From Clostridia bacterium (GTDB lineage Bacteria; Bacillota; Clostridia; UBA1381; UMGS1253): DNA of 64,000 nt. Every line of letters begins with the position of its first letter. Position 1 is the stretch's first letter. The stretch is taken from NCBI GenBank assembly GCA_045537695.1, contig JAZSQB010000016.1:3092-67091 (forward strand). Direction: 5' to 3'. A program made the position numbers and the translations under genes. Of this stretch, positions 27,016-35,905 are shown one piece after another. The notes beneath the pieces were generated by a model. That model saw only the letters and a list, made by a program, of their open reading frames with translations. It did no database searches and was not told the DNA's origin.

Positions 27016-27044
27016 TATATTATCACGTTTTTTGCATTTTGTAA
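27016..27044 (-). promoter_or_regulatory. Promoter of the large ncRNA
   Basis: On the minus strand, TTTACA (27039-27044), a 17-nt spacer, then TGaTAATAT (27016-27024). Confidence 0.55.
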
Positions 27045-27113
27045 AGCAAAATCTATATCTGACAGCAATAAAGCGGGCGAGACTTTCAAAGTCCGCCCGC
27101 TTATTCTATCCAT

Positions 27114-27545
27114 TTATGCGCCGAAAATTTCTTTATTATCTGCCGTAGCAAAGCCCTTTGCTTCCAGCACTTCAACTGCCTTATCCTGTGCTTCTGTTTT
27201 TAAAATCACATAAGCGCCTGCGCTGCCGCGACCGATGAACGCATACAGATAATCCAGCGCAATGTCATTTTCGCGCAGTGCCGTCAGTGCGGTTGCCAGT
27301 CCGCCCGGCTTATGCTCAATACCAATGGCAATAACTTCAGTTACTTTTACAATCATACCGTTTTCGCGCAAAATCTGCTTTGCACCGTCTGCATCTTCTA
27401 CAATCAAACGCAACACGCCGAAATCGGATGTGTCGGCAATGGAAAGTGCACTGATACCGATATGATGCTCCGCTAAAATATTCAGTACATCCGCCATTTT
27501 GCCGGATTTGTTTTCCACAAAAACAGATACTTGTTTGATAAACAT
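27114..27545 (-). CDS. Tandem ACT-domain protein
   Basis: 143 aa with two ACT-like repeats (VFVENKSGKMADVLNILAEHHIGISALSI... and GIEHKPGGLATALTALRENDIALDYLYA) and a GGAGG RBS. Confidence 0.7.
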   Translation of the reverse strand: MFIKQVSVFVENKSGKMADVLNILAEHHIGISALSIADTSDFGVLRLIVEDADGAKQILRENGMIVKVTEVIAIGIEHKPGGLATALTALRENDIALDYLYAFIGRGSAGAYVILKTEAQDKAVEVLEAKGFATADNKEIFGA

Positions 27546-27634
27546 AGGTCATCCTCCTATTCTTTATTAAAACCGAATTGACCCGCTTCCTTTAAAAGCG
27601 CGTATTTTGACACTATATAGCACTACCCCTCCCG

Positions 27635-27846
27635 CTCGTTTAAAAACGGGATTTCAGATGTACAACAAGACAAAAGCCCCGCTCTGTACTCTTGTATACA
27701 CAAGCATTTTGACCAAGCATTGTGCCAAATTCTTCTCCAACTCGTTTAAAAGTGGGAATTTGGATGCAAGACGAGGAAAAAGCGCAGCGCTATACTCTTG
27801 TATGCGCGAGCATTTTGACGAAGTATTGCGCCAAATTTACCTTTTA
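27635..27846. repeat. Two tandem 106-bp imperfect repeats between paaK and the ACT gene
   Basis: Unit 1 (27635-27740) and unit 2 (27741-27846) are identical at 79 of 106 positions without gaps, by hand count. Shared blocks are CTCGTTTAAAA, ACTCTTGTAT, AGCATTTTGAC and GCCAAATT. Confidence 0.8.
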
Positions 27847-29148
27847 AACCAGTTTGCGGTTGTCGATAACACGCTTAGCCTTGCCTTCGCTTCGAGCGAT
27901 AGTCTTCGGACCGACAAGGGTAACCTTGGCAGAGAGACCGAGAACATTCTGCAGACGCGCGTGGATGTCTTTTTCGATGCGCTCGATGGATTTAACATCA
28001 TCGGCGAACATTTCTTCGGACATTTCGACGCGCACTTCAAGGGTGTCGGTGTTGTTGACACGGTCAACGACGATTAAGTAGTTCGGAGTGATACCGCCGC
28101 CGAACTTTAAGAGCACTTCTTCGATTTGGGACGGGAACACGTTTACACCGCGGATAATCATCATATCGTCACTGCGACCGCTCGGTTTGTTCATGCGCAC
28201 GTGCGTTCTGCCGCAGGCACATTTTTCATAGTTTAAAGAACAAATGTCGCGGGTGCGATAACGGATGAGGGGGAATCCTTCTTTGGTAATGGTGGTGAAC
28301 ACAAGCTCACCGGATGCACCTTCCGGGAGAACCTCGCCGGTATCCGGATCGATGATTTCGGGGATAAACATATCTTCACAAACGTGCATGCCTTGCTGCT
28401 CACTGCACTCATAGGATACGCCCGGTCCCATAATCTCGGAAAGACCGTATACATCATATGCTTTGATGTTCAATTTCTTCTCTATTTCTTTACGCATGGT
28501 TTCTGTCCACGGCTCTGCACCGAAGATACCTGCTTTAAGCTGAAGCTTATCCTTTACGCCCATTTCTGCAATGGATTCACCGAGATACATTGCGTAAGAA
28601 GGTGTACAGCAAAGCACGGTCGTGCCAAAATCAACCATTGTCTGAATCTGACGTGCCGTGTTGCCGGAGGATGTCGGCACTACGGTTGCACCAACACGTT
28701 CGGCACCGCCATGTGCACCAAGACCACCCGTAAACAAACCGTAGCCGTAAGAAACCTGCACAACCGAAGTATCGTCACCACCGGTTGCAACAATCTGGCG
28801 TGCCATACAATCCGACCACATCTCCAGGTCGTTTCTGGTATAACCAACAACAATCTGCTTACCGGTCGTACCCGAAGAAGCATGCACGCGTACAATGTCT
28901 TTAAGCGGAACCGCAAACAAACCGTACGGATAGTAGTCTCTTAAATCCTGCTTGTAGGAAAACGGCAGCTTATACAAATCTTCAACACCATGGATGTCTT
29001 CCGGCTTTAAGCCCTTTTCATCCATTCTCTTGCGGAACAGCTCCACGTTTTCATACATACGCTTAACCTGCCATACAAGGCGTTCACTCTGCAGCTTTTT
29101 GAGTGCTTCTCTGTCCATGCACTCAATTTCTTTCTGATAATAAGCCAT
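27844..29148 (-). CDS. paaK: Phenylacetate-CoA ligase (PaaK/F390-synthetase family)
   Basis: SSGTTGK AMP-binding motif, YGLSE, and the size and C-terminal domain are typical of PaaK. ATG at 29146-29148 (MAYYQKE) is preferred over the GTG at 29157. Confidence 0.85.
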   Translation of the reverse strand: MAYYQKEIECMDREALKKLQSERLVWQVKRMYENVELFRKRMDEKGLKPEDIHGVEDLYKLPFSYKQDLRDYYPYGLFAVPLKDIVRVHASSGTTGKQIVVGYTRNDLEMWSDCMARQIVATGGDDTSVVQVSYGYGLFTGGLGAHGGAERVGATVVPTSSGNTARQIQTMVDFGTTVLCCTPSYAMYLGESIAEMGVKDKLQLKAGIFGAEPWTETMRKEIEKKLNIKAYDVYGLSEIMGPGVSYECSEQQGMHVCEDMFIPEIIDPDTGEVLPEGASGELVFTTITKEGFPLIRYRTRDICSLNYEKCACGRTHVRMNKPSGRSDDMMIIRGVNVFPSQIEEVLLKFGGGITPNYLIVVDRVNNTDTLEVRVEMSEEMFADDVKSIERIEKDIHARLQNVLGLSAKVTLVGPKTIARSEGKAKRVIDNRKLV

Positions 29149-29170
29149 TTTTTCCACTTCCTATATAAAA

Positions 29171-29737
29171 TTATAAATCATAACCGAGTTTAAATGCCTT
29201 TAAGTTGACTTCCAGGAATTTTTCAGGAACGGTTTCACGGAGCACCTTTTCCCACACATCGTATGCAATGTCGGTATTCTTTGCCATAACGCCGATCAAT
29301 ACGACATTGACCGCCTTGGTGTTGCCCGCTTCTTTAGCAAGAGCAAGCGCATCAACCGTTGTGATGTCTACCTTTGCAGAGAGCTTTTCTATAATATTTT
29401 CCGGATATTCCATCGCACCCGTGATGACCGGCATCGGGTCAATTCTCTGATTGTTTACAATCATCTTGCCGCCCTTTTTCAGGTATGGAAGTGCTCTGTA
29501 TGCTTCCAAGGTTTCAAAGGCAAGAATAATATCTGCTTCGCCGCGATCAATAACTGGGGAATATACAGCGTCACCGAATTTAACATAGGTAACTACGCTG
29601 CCACCACGCTGACTCATACCGTGCACTTCGGAAATTTTAACGTCGTGTCCTTCGGAGATAACTGCGTTACCGATAATACGGCTTGCGAGCAGTGTACCCT
29701 GTCCGCCGACACCGACAATCATAATATTCTTTGTCAT
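29171..29737 (-). CDS. iorB: Indolepyruvate/arylpyruvate:ferredoxin oxidoreductase beta subunit
   Basis: 188 aa with IVGVGGQGTLLASRI and HGMSQRGGSV. Confidence 0.85.
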   Translation of the reverse strand: MTKNIMIVGVGGQGTLLASRIIGNAVISEGHDVKISEVHGMSQRGGSVVTYVKFGDAVYSPVIDRGEADIILAFETLEAYRALPYLKKGGKMIVNNQRIDPMPVITGAMEYPENIIEKLSAKVDITTVDALALAKEAGNTKAVNVVLIGVMAKNTDIAYDVWEKVLRETVPEKFLEVNLKAFKLGYDL

Positions 29738-29740
29738 AAC

Positions 29741-31474
29741 TCAGTCCTCCTTTGTAATTGCACCGAACGGGCAGACATTTACGCAAAGTCCGCAACCGTT
29801 ACACTGCGTTTCATCAATAACCACTTCATCACCGCGCACGGAAATTGCCGGACAACCAAGCTTCATGCAAAGCTTGCACTTTTTACAGTTGTCGCCAATC
29901 TTGCAATGTCCTGTGTATTTCACGGTTTTCAAGAGCGCACACGGACGCTGTGCGATAATTACGCTCGGTTCATCCGCCTCTGTTTCTTCTTTTACAATAC
30001 GTTCAAAGTTCTTTAAATCAAACGGGTCTGCCACAACGACTCTCTCTACGCCGACTGCCTTGGCAAGCAGCATCAAATCTACCTGCTTGGTCGGCTCCTT
30101 GCGGATGGTAAAGCCCGTGGTCGGGTTGTCCTGATGACCTGTCATACCCGTGATGGAGTTATCTAAAATAATAACTGTGTTGTTTCCTTTATTATATACA
30201 ATATCAATAAGCCCCGTGATACCGGAATGCATAAAGGTCGAATCACCGATAACGGCAACGAGCTTTTTGTTAAACTCTGCGCCGCGCGCCTTTGCCATAC
30301 CGTGTGCACCGCTGACGCTGGCACCCATGCAAACCGTTGTGTCCACACTTGCAAGCGGCGCAACCGCACCGAGTGTGTATCAGCCGATGTCACCGGAAAC
30401 GGTAAGACCGAGCTTTTTGAGTACATAGAATGTACCTCTGTGCGGACAGCCGGCACACATAACCGGCGGACGCACCGGAATCGTTTCGCCGATTTCTTCA
30501 AAAGACGCACCGTCTTCGCCCAGTACAACCTTCTTAATCATCGTCGGTGTATACTCGCCTAAAAGCGTAAAGCTTTCTTTGCCGACAACATCAATACCGA
30601 GCGCGCGGCAATGGTTTTCAATCACCGGATCGAGTTCTTCGATGACAACAACCTTTTCGTGCTTTGCCGCAAAGTCCTTAATCAATTTTTCCGGCAGCGG
30701 ATATACCATACCAAGCTTTAAGTAGCTCACCTTATCTCCAAGCGCTTCTTTTGCATACATATGCGCAACGCCGGAGGTGATCACACCGATTTTGTTCGTG
30801 TTGATTTCCGTAGTATTAAACGGGCAGTTTTCCGCAAATGCCGCAAGTGCCGCCATTCTCTCCTCGACAACCACGTGGCGCTTAATCGCATTGCCCGGCA
30901 TCATAACATTCTTTGCCGGATTCTTTTCATAATCCTTAAGTGGCTGCTCTTCTCTGTCGCAAAGCTCTACCAGACCCTGCGAGTGCGATACGCGCGTCGA
31001 CAAGCGGATAATCACTGGCGTGTCGAACTTTTCACTCAATTCAAACGCAGCCTTTGTATATGCCTTACATTCCGGACTGTCCGACGGCTCCAGCATCATA
31101 ATCTTCGATGCTTTTGCATAATGTCTGGAATCCTGCTCATTCTGGGAAGAATGCATACCCGGGTCATCTGCCACGCAAAATACAAGACCTGCGTTTGCGC
31201 CGATGTAGCTTACCGTAAACATCGGGTCAGCCATTACATTCATGCCGACATGCTTCATGCAGGACATGCTTCTCGCACCTGCGATGGACGCACCAATTGC
31301 CACTTCCGCGGCAACCTTTTCGTTGGTGGACCACTCTACGTGCGGCTCTTCATATTTTGCCATACATTCCGTAATTTCGGTACTCGGTGTGCCCGGATAG
31401 GATGCAACCACGCGAACGCCTGCTTCCCAGGCACCTCTTGCAACCGCATCATTACCAATCAATAACTTTTTCAA
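29741..31474 (-). CDS. iorA: Indolepyruvate/arylpyruvate:ferredoxin oxidoreductase alpha subunit, interrupted by one in-frame TGA (candidate selenocysteine, otherwise a pseudogene or sequencing error)
   Basis: The two ORF-track pieces (30380-31474 and 29741-30346) are in the same frame and join as ...LTVSGDIG-TGA-YTLGAVAPLASVDTTVCMGAS..., giving 577 codons, the normal IorA length. The C-terminus carries a 2x[4Fe-4S] ferredoxin domain. Confidence 0.8.
30344..30382 (-). promoter_or_regulatory. SECIS-like hairpin immediately 3' of the in-frame UGA of iorA
   Basis: The RNA reads UGA UAC ACA CUC GGUGC-GGUU-GCGCC G CUUGCAA GUGUG. There is a 5-6 bp upper stem with a GGUU apical loop beginning 17 nt after the U of the UGA. 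A lower helix CACAC/GUGUG encloses an asymmetric internal loop. Confidence 0.4.
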
Positions 31475-31487
31475 GCTTGCTCACTCC

Positions 31488-33119
31488 TTATTTAATCTGC
31501 GCTGCGACTAAACTTTCGCCACAGTAAATGTCTCTTAATTTCGGTTTCTCTATTTTACCGGTCGGATTTCTCGGCACGTCTGCAAAAATAATCTTTCGCG
31601 GACGCTTATATTTCGGCATTGCCTTACAGAACGTATCCATTTCCTCTTGCGTGCAGCTTGCGCCTTCCTTCAGTTCAATAATTGCAGCGGCAATTTCACC
31701 GAGACGCGCATCCGGAAGACCGATCACGGCAACATCCTTAACCGCCGCATGTGCGCGGATAAAATCTTCAATCTGCACCGGATATAAATTCTCACCGCCG
31801 GAAATGATAACGTCTTTTTTGCGGTCAACTAAGAAGATAAAGCCGTCACTATCCATCTGCGCCATATCTCCTGTATATAGCCAACCATCACGCAACACTT
31901 CCTCCGTTGCCTTTTCATCTCTGTAATAGCAGCTCATCACGCCCGGACCATAAACTGCAAGCTCACCAACTTCGCCCTGCGGCACTTCTTCACCGCGCTC
32001 ATCGCAGATTTTCACCTGCCAGCCAAAGCCCGCTTTACCGATGGCGCCTACCTTGTGGATGTTTTCTACACCGAGGTGCACGCACCCCGGTCCGATGGAC
32101 TCGGAAAGTCCGTAGTTTGTGTCATACTGATGGTGCGGGAAGATTTTCTTCCAACGCTTAATCAGACTCGGCGGCACCGGCTGTGCACCGATGTGCATCA
32201 GTCTCCACGCCGACAAATCATACTGGCTCAAATCAATTTCGCCGCGGTCAATCGCATCTAAGATATCCTGCGCCCACGGCACCAAAAGCCATACAATAGA
32301 ACATTTTTCCTCGCTTGCCGCCTGCAAAATCCATTCCGGTTTAATGCCCTTTAGGAGCACCGCTTTACCGCCGACCATCAAAGAACCGAACCAATGCATC
32401 TTCGCACCGGTGTGATACAGCGGCGGGATGCACAAAAACACATCGTCCTTGGTCTGTCCGTGGTGCGCCTGCTCTGTGCGGCACGCATGCACCAGACTTT
32501 CGTGGTTGTGCAGAATCGCTTTCGGGAAGCCCGTTGTGCCCGAAGAGAAATAAATGGCTGCATCATCCTCCGCCGTCAATGCAATTTCCGGCGAGTGCGA
32601 CGAGCAGTAACCAATCAGCTTGTCATAGCTCTCCGCAAAGGACGGACAAGTCTTGCCCACGTAAAAGCACTGCTTTATATTCGGAATCACATCACAGATT
32701 TCTTCGACACGACCGATAAATTCCGGCCCGAAAATCAGCACATCCGCCTCCGCCAGTTCCAAACAATACTTAATTTCCGCAGAGGTATATCTGTAATTAA
32801 GCGGTACTGCCAAAGCACCGGTTTTGAGCGCACCGAAATAAATCGGCAACCACTCCAAGCAGTTCATCAAAAGAATGGCAACCTTGTCGCCCTTCTTGAT
32901 CCCACGGCTTAAGAGCAAGTTTGCAAATCGGTTGGCTTTGCGGTCAAATTGCGACCAGGTCATCTCGCGGCGTCCGCTCTCCTCCGGATTCGGCTGAATA
33001 AGCGCATATTCCTTCCAGGTTACGCGCGTTGCTTCCATCATACTCGGTGCAATTTCCACCAATGCCGTATCCTCACCGAATTCTTTGGCATTGCGTTCCA
33101 AAAACTCCGAAATAACCAT
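31488..33119 (-). CDS. AMP-forming acyl-CoA ligase (class I adenylate-forming enzyme), substrate unknown
   Basis: FSSGTTGFPKA, YGLSE and the GWLYTGD motif; 543 aa. Confidence 0.8.
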   Translation of the reverse strand: MVISEFLERNAKEFGEDTALVEIAPSMMEATRVTWKEYALIQPNPEESGRREMTWSQFDRKANRFANLLLSRGIKKGDKVAILLMNCLEWLPIYFGALKTGALAVPLNYRYTSAEIKYCLELAEADVLIFGPEFIGRVEEICDVIPNIKQCFYVGKTCPSFAESYDKLIGYCSSHSPEIALTAEDDAAIYFSSGTTGFPKAILHNHESLVHACRTEQAHHGQTKDDVFLCIPPLYHTGAKMHWFGSLMVGGKAVLLKGIKPEWILQAASEEKCSIVWLLVPWAQDILDAIDRGEIDLSQYDLSAWRLMHIGAQPVPPSLIKRWKKIFPHHQYDTNYGLSESIGPGCVHLGVENIHKVGAIGKAGFGWQVKICDERGEEVPQGEVGELAVYGPGVMSCYYRDEKATEEVLRDGWLYTGDMAQMDSDGFIFLVDRKKDVIISGGENLYPVQIEDFIRAHAAVKDVAVIGLPDARLGEIAAAIIELKEGASCTQEEMDTFCKAMPKYKRPRKIIFADVPRNPTGKIEKPKLRDIYCGESLVAAQIK

Positions 33120-33120
33120 T

Positions 33121-33912
33121 TTAGTTTCCTCCCAAGAGCTTTAAAGCATTTTTCCAGTAAATTTTTTCTTTTTCCTCTTCGGTTAATCGCAAACACTCCA
33201 CAACATACGCATCCTGCGAAGGTCTGTTCCACGGTGCGTCCGAAGCAAATAAAATTTTATCCGCACCGTGTGTTTCAATTATTTTCTCAACTATAGACGG
33301 GGCTACCGTGCCGTATCCGTAAGCCGTATCCATATACAGATGCTCTATACCGCAAAGCTTATCCAAAACCTGCTCCCCGCAATTTTGTCCGCCCCAGTGC
33401 GCAGCAACTACAGGCGTATCCATCCACGAAAGCGCCCTTTGCAGACGCTCCGGCATACAGTGGTACGGCGGCATATATCCGTTGTCCACACCGGCATGAA
33501 ACACCGTAATCAAGCCAAGCTGCGAAATTTTTTTATAAATCGGCTTCATTTTTTCGTCATCTACATAAAACTGCTGATACTCCGGATGCAGCTTTACGCC
33601 GCGCATCCCGAGTGCTTTGATGCGCTCCAGTTCTTCAAGCGCGTCCGGCGCATCCGGAAACACGGAACCGAAAGCATAGATTTTATCACTTTGAATTGAT
33701 GCAGCAAAATCGTTGACCGCTTTTTGCTGTTTTGCATTCGTTGCAATGGACAGTACAACGGATTTGTCTACCCCGTCTTCTTCCATCATACGGAGTAGAC
33801 CGGAAACCGTGCCGTCCGTTACTGGGAAAATTGCCGCCGTTTTTGAAAGATTTTCAATCGCTCTTGCCGCAATTTTTTCCGGAAAACAATGTGTATGAAA
33901 GTCAATACGCAC
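33121..33912 (-). CDS. Amidohydrolase-2 family TIM-barrel metal-dependent hydrolase/decarboxylase-like protein
   Basis: It starts (GTG) MRIDFHTHCF, the HxH metal motif, and has a later His and ASDAPW. The stop abuts the acyl-CoA ligase start. Confidence 0.65.
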   Translation of the reverse strand: MRIDFHTHCFPEKIAARAIENLSKTAAIFPVTDGTVSGLLRMMEEDGVDKSVVLSIATNAKQQKAVNDFAASIQSDKIYAFGSVFPDAPDALEELERIKALGMRGVKLHPEYQQFYVDDEKMKPIYKKISQLGLITVFHAGVDNGYMPPYHCMPERLQRALSWMDTPVVAAHWGGQNCGEQVLDKLCGIEHLYMDTAYGYGTVAPSIVEKIIETHGADKILFASDAPWNRPSQDAYVVECLRLTEEEKEKIYWKNALKLLGGN

Positions 33913-34008
33913 TTAAAATCAATCTCCTTGAAATGCGGTTCTACCCCGACAGGCACCCGCCTGTCGGAGCAAACACAAACCTATCTTTGTATTATACTAC
34001 AAAATTCG

Positions 34009-35562
34009 TCACTTGCCAAGAGATTTTTTACTTTCCACAATGACCTCTTTATTGTAGCAAGCAAACATTGCATTAACGCATTCTTTATCCGGCTTTTTCG
34101 TCAGCAAGCTGACAACCGGTACCAATATAAGTCCGCCAAGCATTGCAATCGCGCCGCAGTTTACCGGCGACTGGAGAATTGCCGGAAAGATCGGTCTGAA
34201 AAACATATTTGCAAGCATCAGTCCGCCACCGAATACAAAGCTTACCCACACTGCCGATTTTGTCGCACGCTTCCAGTACAAACCAAACAGGAAAGGCGCT
34301 AAAAACGCACCGGCAAGTGCGCCCCAGGATATACCCATCATATCTGCGATAAAGCCGAGGCTGGACTGGTTGAGCGCAATAAATGCCGAAATCGCAACAA
34401 ATACCACAATGAGTACGCGCATAACCAAGACCTGTTTTTTCTCACGCATGCCCTTTACAAGGTGGTCTTTGATCATATCCAGCGTCAATGTAGACGAAGA
34501 TGTAAGCACCAAAGACGAAAGTGTGGACATGGACGCCGAAAGCACCAATACAATCACAATGCCAATCAAAACATCCGGAAGATTCGAAAGCATCGCCGGA
34601 ACAATGGCATCAAATCCGCCGACCGGCGTTCCTGCCGCCGTAAGCTGCATTGCTTCGCTTGTGCCGGTCAACAGTCTGCCGAAACCGCCGAGGAAGTAGC
34701 ATCCGCCGGCAACAATAATGGCAAATACCGTCGAAATAATTGTCCCCTTCTGAATGTTCTGCTCACTCTTAATCGAGTAGAACTTCTGCACCATCTGCGG
34801 AAGACCCCAAGTGCCAAGCGAGGTTAAAATCACCACAAACAAAAGTCCGAGCGGGTCGGGACCGAAGAAGGAGTTAAACGCACCCGGCACCATGCCTTCC
34901 ACATGAACCTCCGCAAGCTTGTTCAGCGCCTGCGTAAAACCGCCCTGTCCGTGCAGTACCGCTGCAATGACTGCGATGATGCCGCCAATCATAATCAAAC
35001 CCTGAATAAAATCATTGATTGCCGTTGCCATGTAACCGCCGGCAATCACATAGATACCTGTCAGTACCGCCATAATAATGACGCATACCGAATAGTCAAT
35101 GCCCGGAAACGCCATGGAAAACAATCGGGACAATCCGTTGTAGAGCGACGCTGTGTACGGAATCAAAAAAATAAACACAATCACAGACGCCGCAATTTTC
35201 AGTGCCGTGCTTTCGTAGCGTTTTCCAAAAAATTCCGGCATGGTCGCACTTTGCAAATGCTGCGTCATCAGCCTTGTTCGTCTGCCGAGCACCTTCCATG
35301 CCAGAAGAGAGCCGAGCACTGCGTTGCCGATGCCAATCCATGTGGCGGCAACACCGAACTTCCAACCGAACTGTCCTGCGTATCCGACAAAGATAACTGC
35401 AGAAAAGTAACTTGTGCCGTACGCAAACGCCGTCAGCCACGGTCCGACATTTCTGCCGCCGAGCACAAATCCGTTTACGTCCGTTGCCCGCCGGCGACAG
35501 ACAATGCCGACGCCGATCATGATAGAAAAAAATACGATGAGGAGTGAAACTTTAATTAACAT
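34009..35562 (-). CDS. Sodium:solute symporter family (SSF) transporter, substrate unknown; predicted Tyr or an aromatic compound from the T-box
   Basis: 517 aa with about 13 TM segments and an SSF-like pattern (GGRNVGPWLTAFAYGTSYFSAVIFVGYAG). It sits directly behind a T-box leader. Confidence 0.75.
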   Translation of the reverse strand: MLIKVSLLIVFFSIMIGVGIVCRRRATDVNGFVLGGRNVGPWLTAFAYGTSYFSAVIFVGYAGQFGWKFGVAATWIGIGNAVLGSLLAWKVLGRRTRLMTQHLQSATMPEFFGKRYESTALKIAASVIVFIFLIPYTASLYNGLSRLFSMAFPGIDYSVCVIIMAVLTGIYVIAGGYMATAINDFIQGLIMIGGIIAVIAAVLHGQGGFTQALNKLAEVHVEGMVPGAFNSFFGPDPLGLLFVVILTSLGTWGLPQMVQKFYSIKSEQNIQKGTIISTVFAIIVAGGCYFLGGFGRLLTGTSEAMQLTAAGTPVGGFDAIVPAMLSNLPDVLIGIVIVLVLSASMSTLSSLVLTSSSTLTLDMIKDHLVKGMREKKQVLVMRVLIVVFVAISAFIALNQSSLGFIADMMGISWGALAGAFLAPFLFGLYWKRATKSAVWVSFVFGGGLMLANMFFRPIFPAILQSPVNCGAIAMLGGLILVPVVSLLTKKPDKECVNAMFACYNKEVIVESKKSLGK

Positions 35563-35603
35563 TTTTACCGTCTCCTTTTTTTGATAAGTCTTCAGAGAGC
35601 AAT

Positions 35604-35898
35604 AAAAAATCGCCCTCTGAAATCAATCAGAGGGCGAGAATTCCAATCCCGCGGTACCACCTCAGTTCACTGTTTTCTCACGGAAACAGCCTTTTAGAGT
35701 ACGACGCCTCATCTACGCTATACCCCTGCGCTATAACGGGCGCCCCCGTGACAGCCTACTAAAATCGCTTCGTTCGGTGCCCGACTCCGGAAATGTATTC
35801 AGCCTTGCGCCGCCTTACTGTCTCACACCACCCGACAGCTCTCTGGAAGGTAAAACGCATGCCTACTTGTTCTCCATCACAGTCTTTCACTGGTTTGT
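35604..35898 (-). promoter_or_regulatory. T-box riboswitch leader; the specifier codon reads UAC (Tyr)
   Basis: Read on the minus strand: K-turn GUGAUGGAGA, AGUA, AG-bulge/distal loop CCAGAGAGCUGUCGGGUGGUGUGAGACAG, and specifier loop GAA-UAC-A (codon at 35795-35797). The T-box sequence is AACUGAGGUGGUACCGCGGG (35648-35667). The terminator is UCGCCCUCUGA...UCAGAGGGCGA followed by UUUUUU (35604-35637). Confidence 0.85.
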
Positions 35899-35905
35899 TG
35901 AAGGA

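Noticed and set aside
27607-28077. 156-aa plus-strand ORF across the 106-bp repeats and into paaK
   Set aside because: It is antisense to the 3' end of paaK, has no RBS, and its internal 'repeat' is simply the DNA tandem repeat read in one frame.
30380-30382. TGA reassigned genome-wide (code 4 or 25) as the explanation for the split iorA
   Set aside because: guaA ends at its canonical ...TIEWE C-terminus with TGA (9536-9538) and pgi ends ...RLAD with TGA. TGA therefore functions as a normal stop in this genome.
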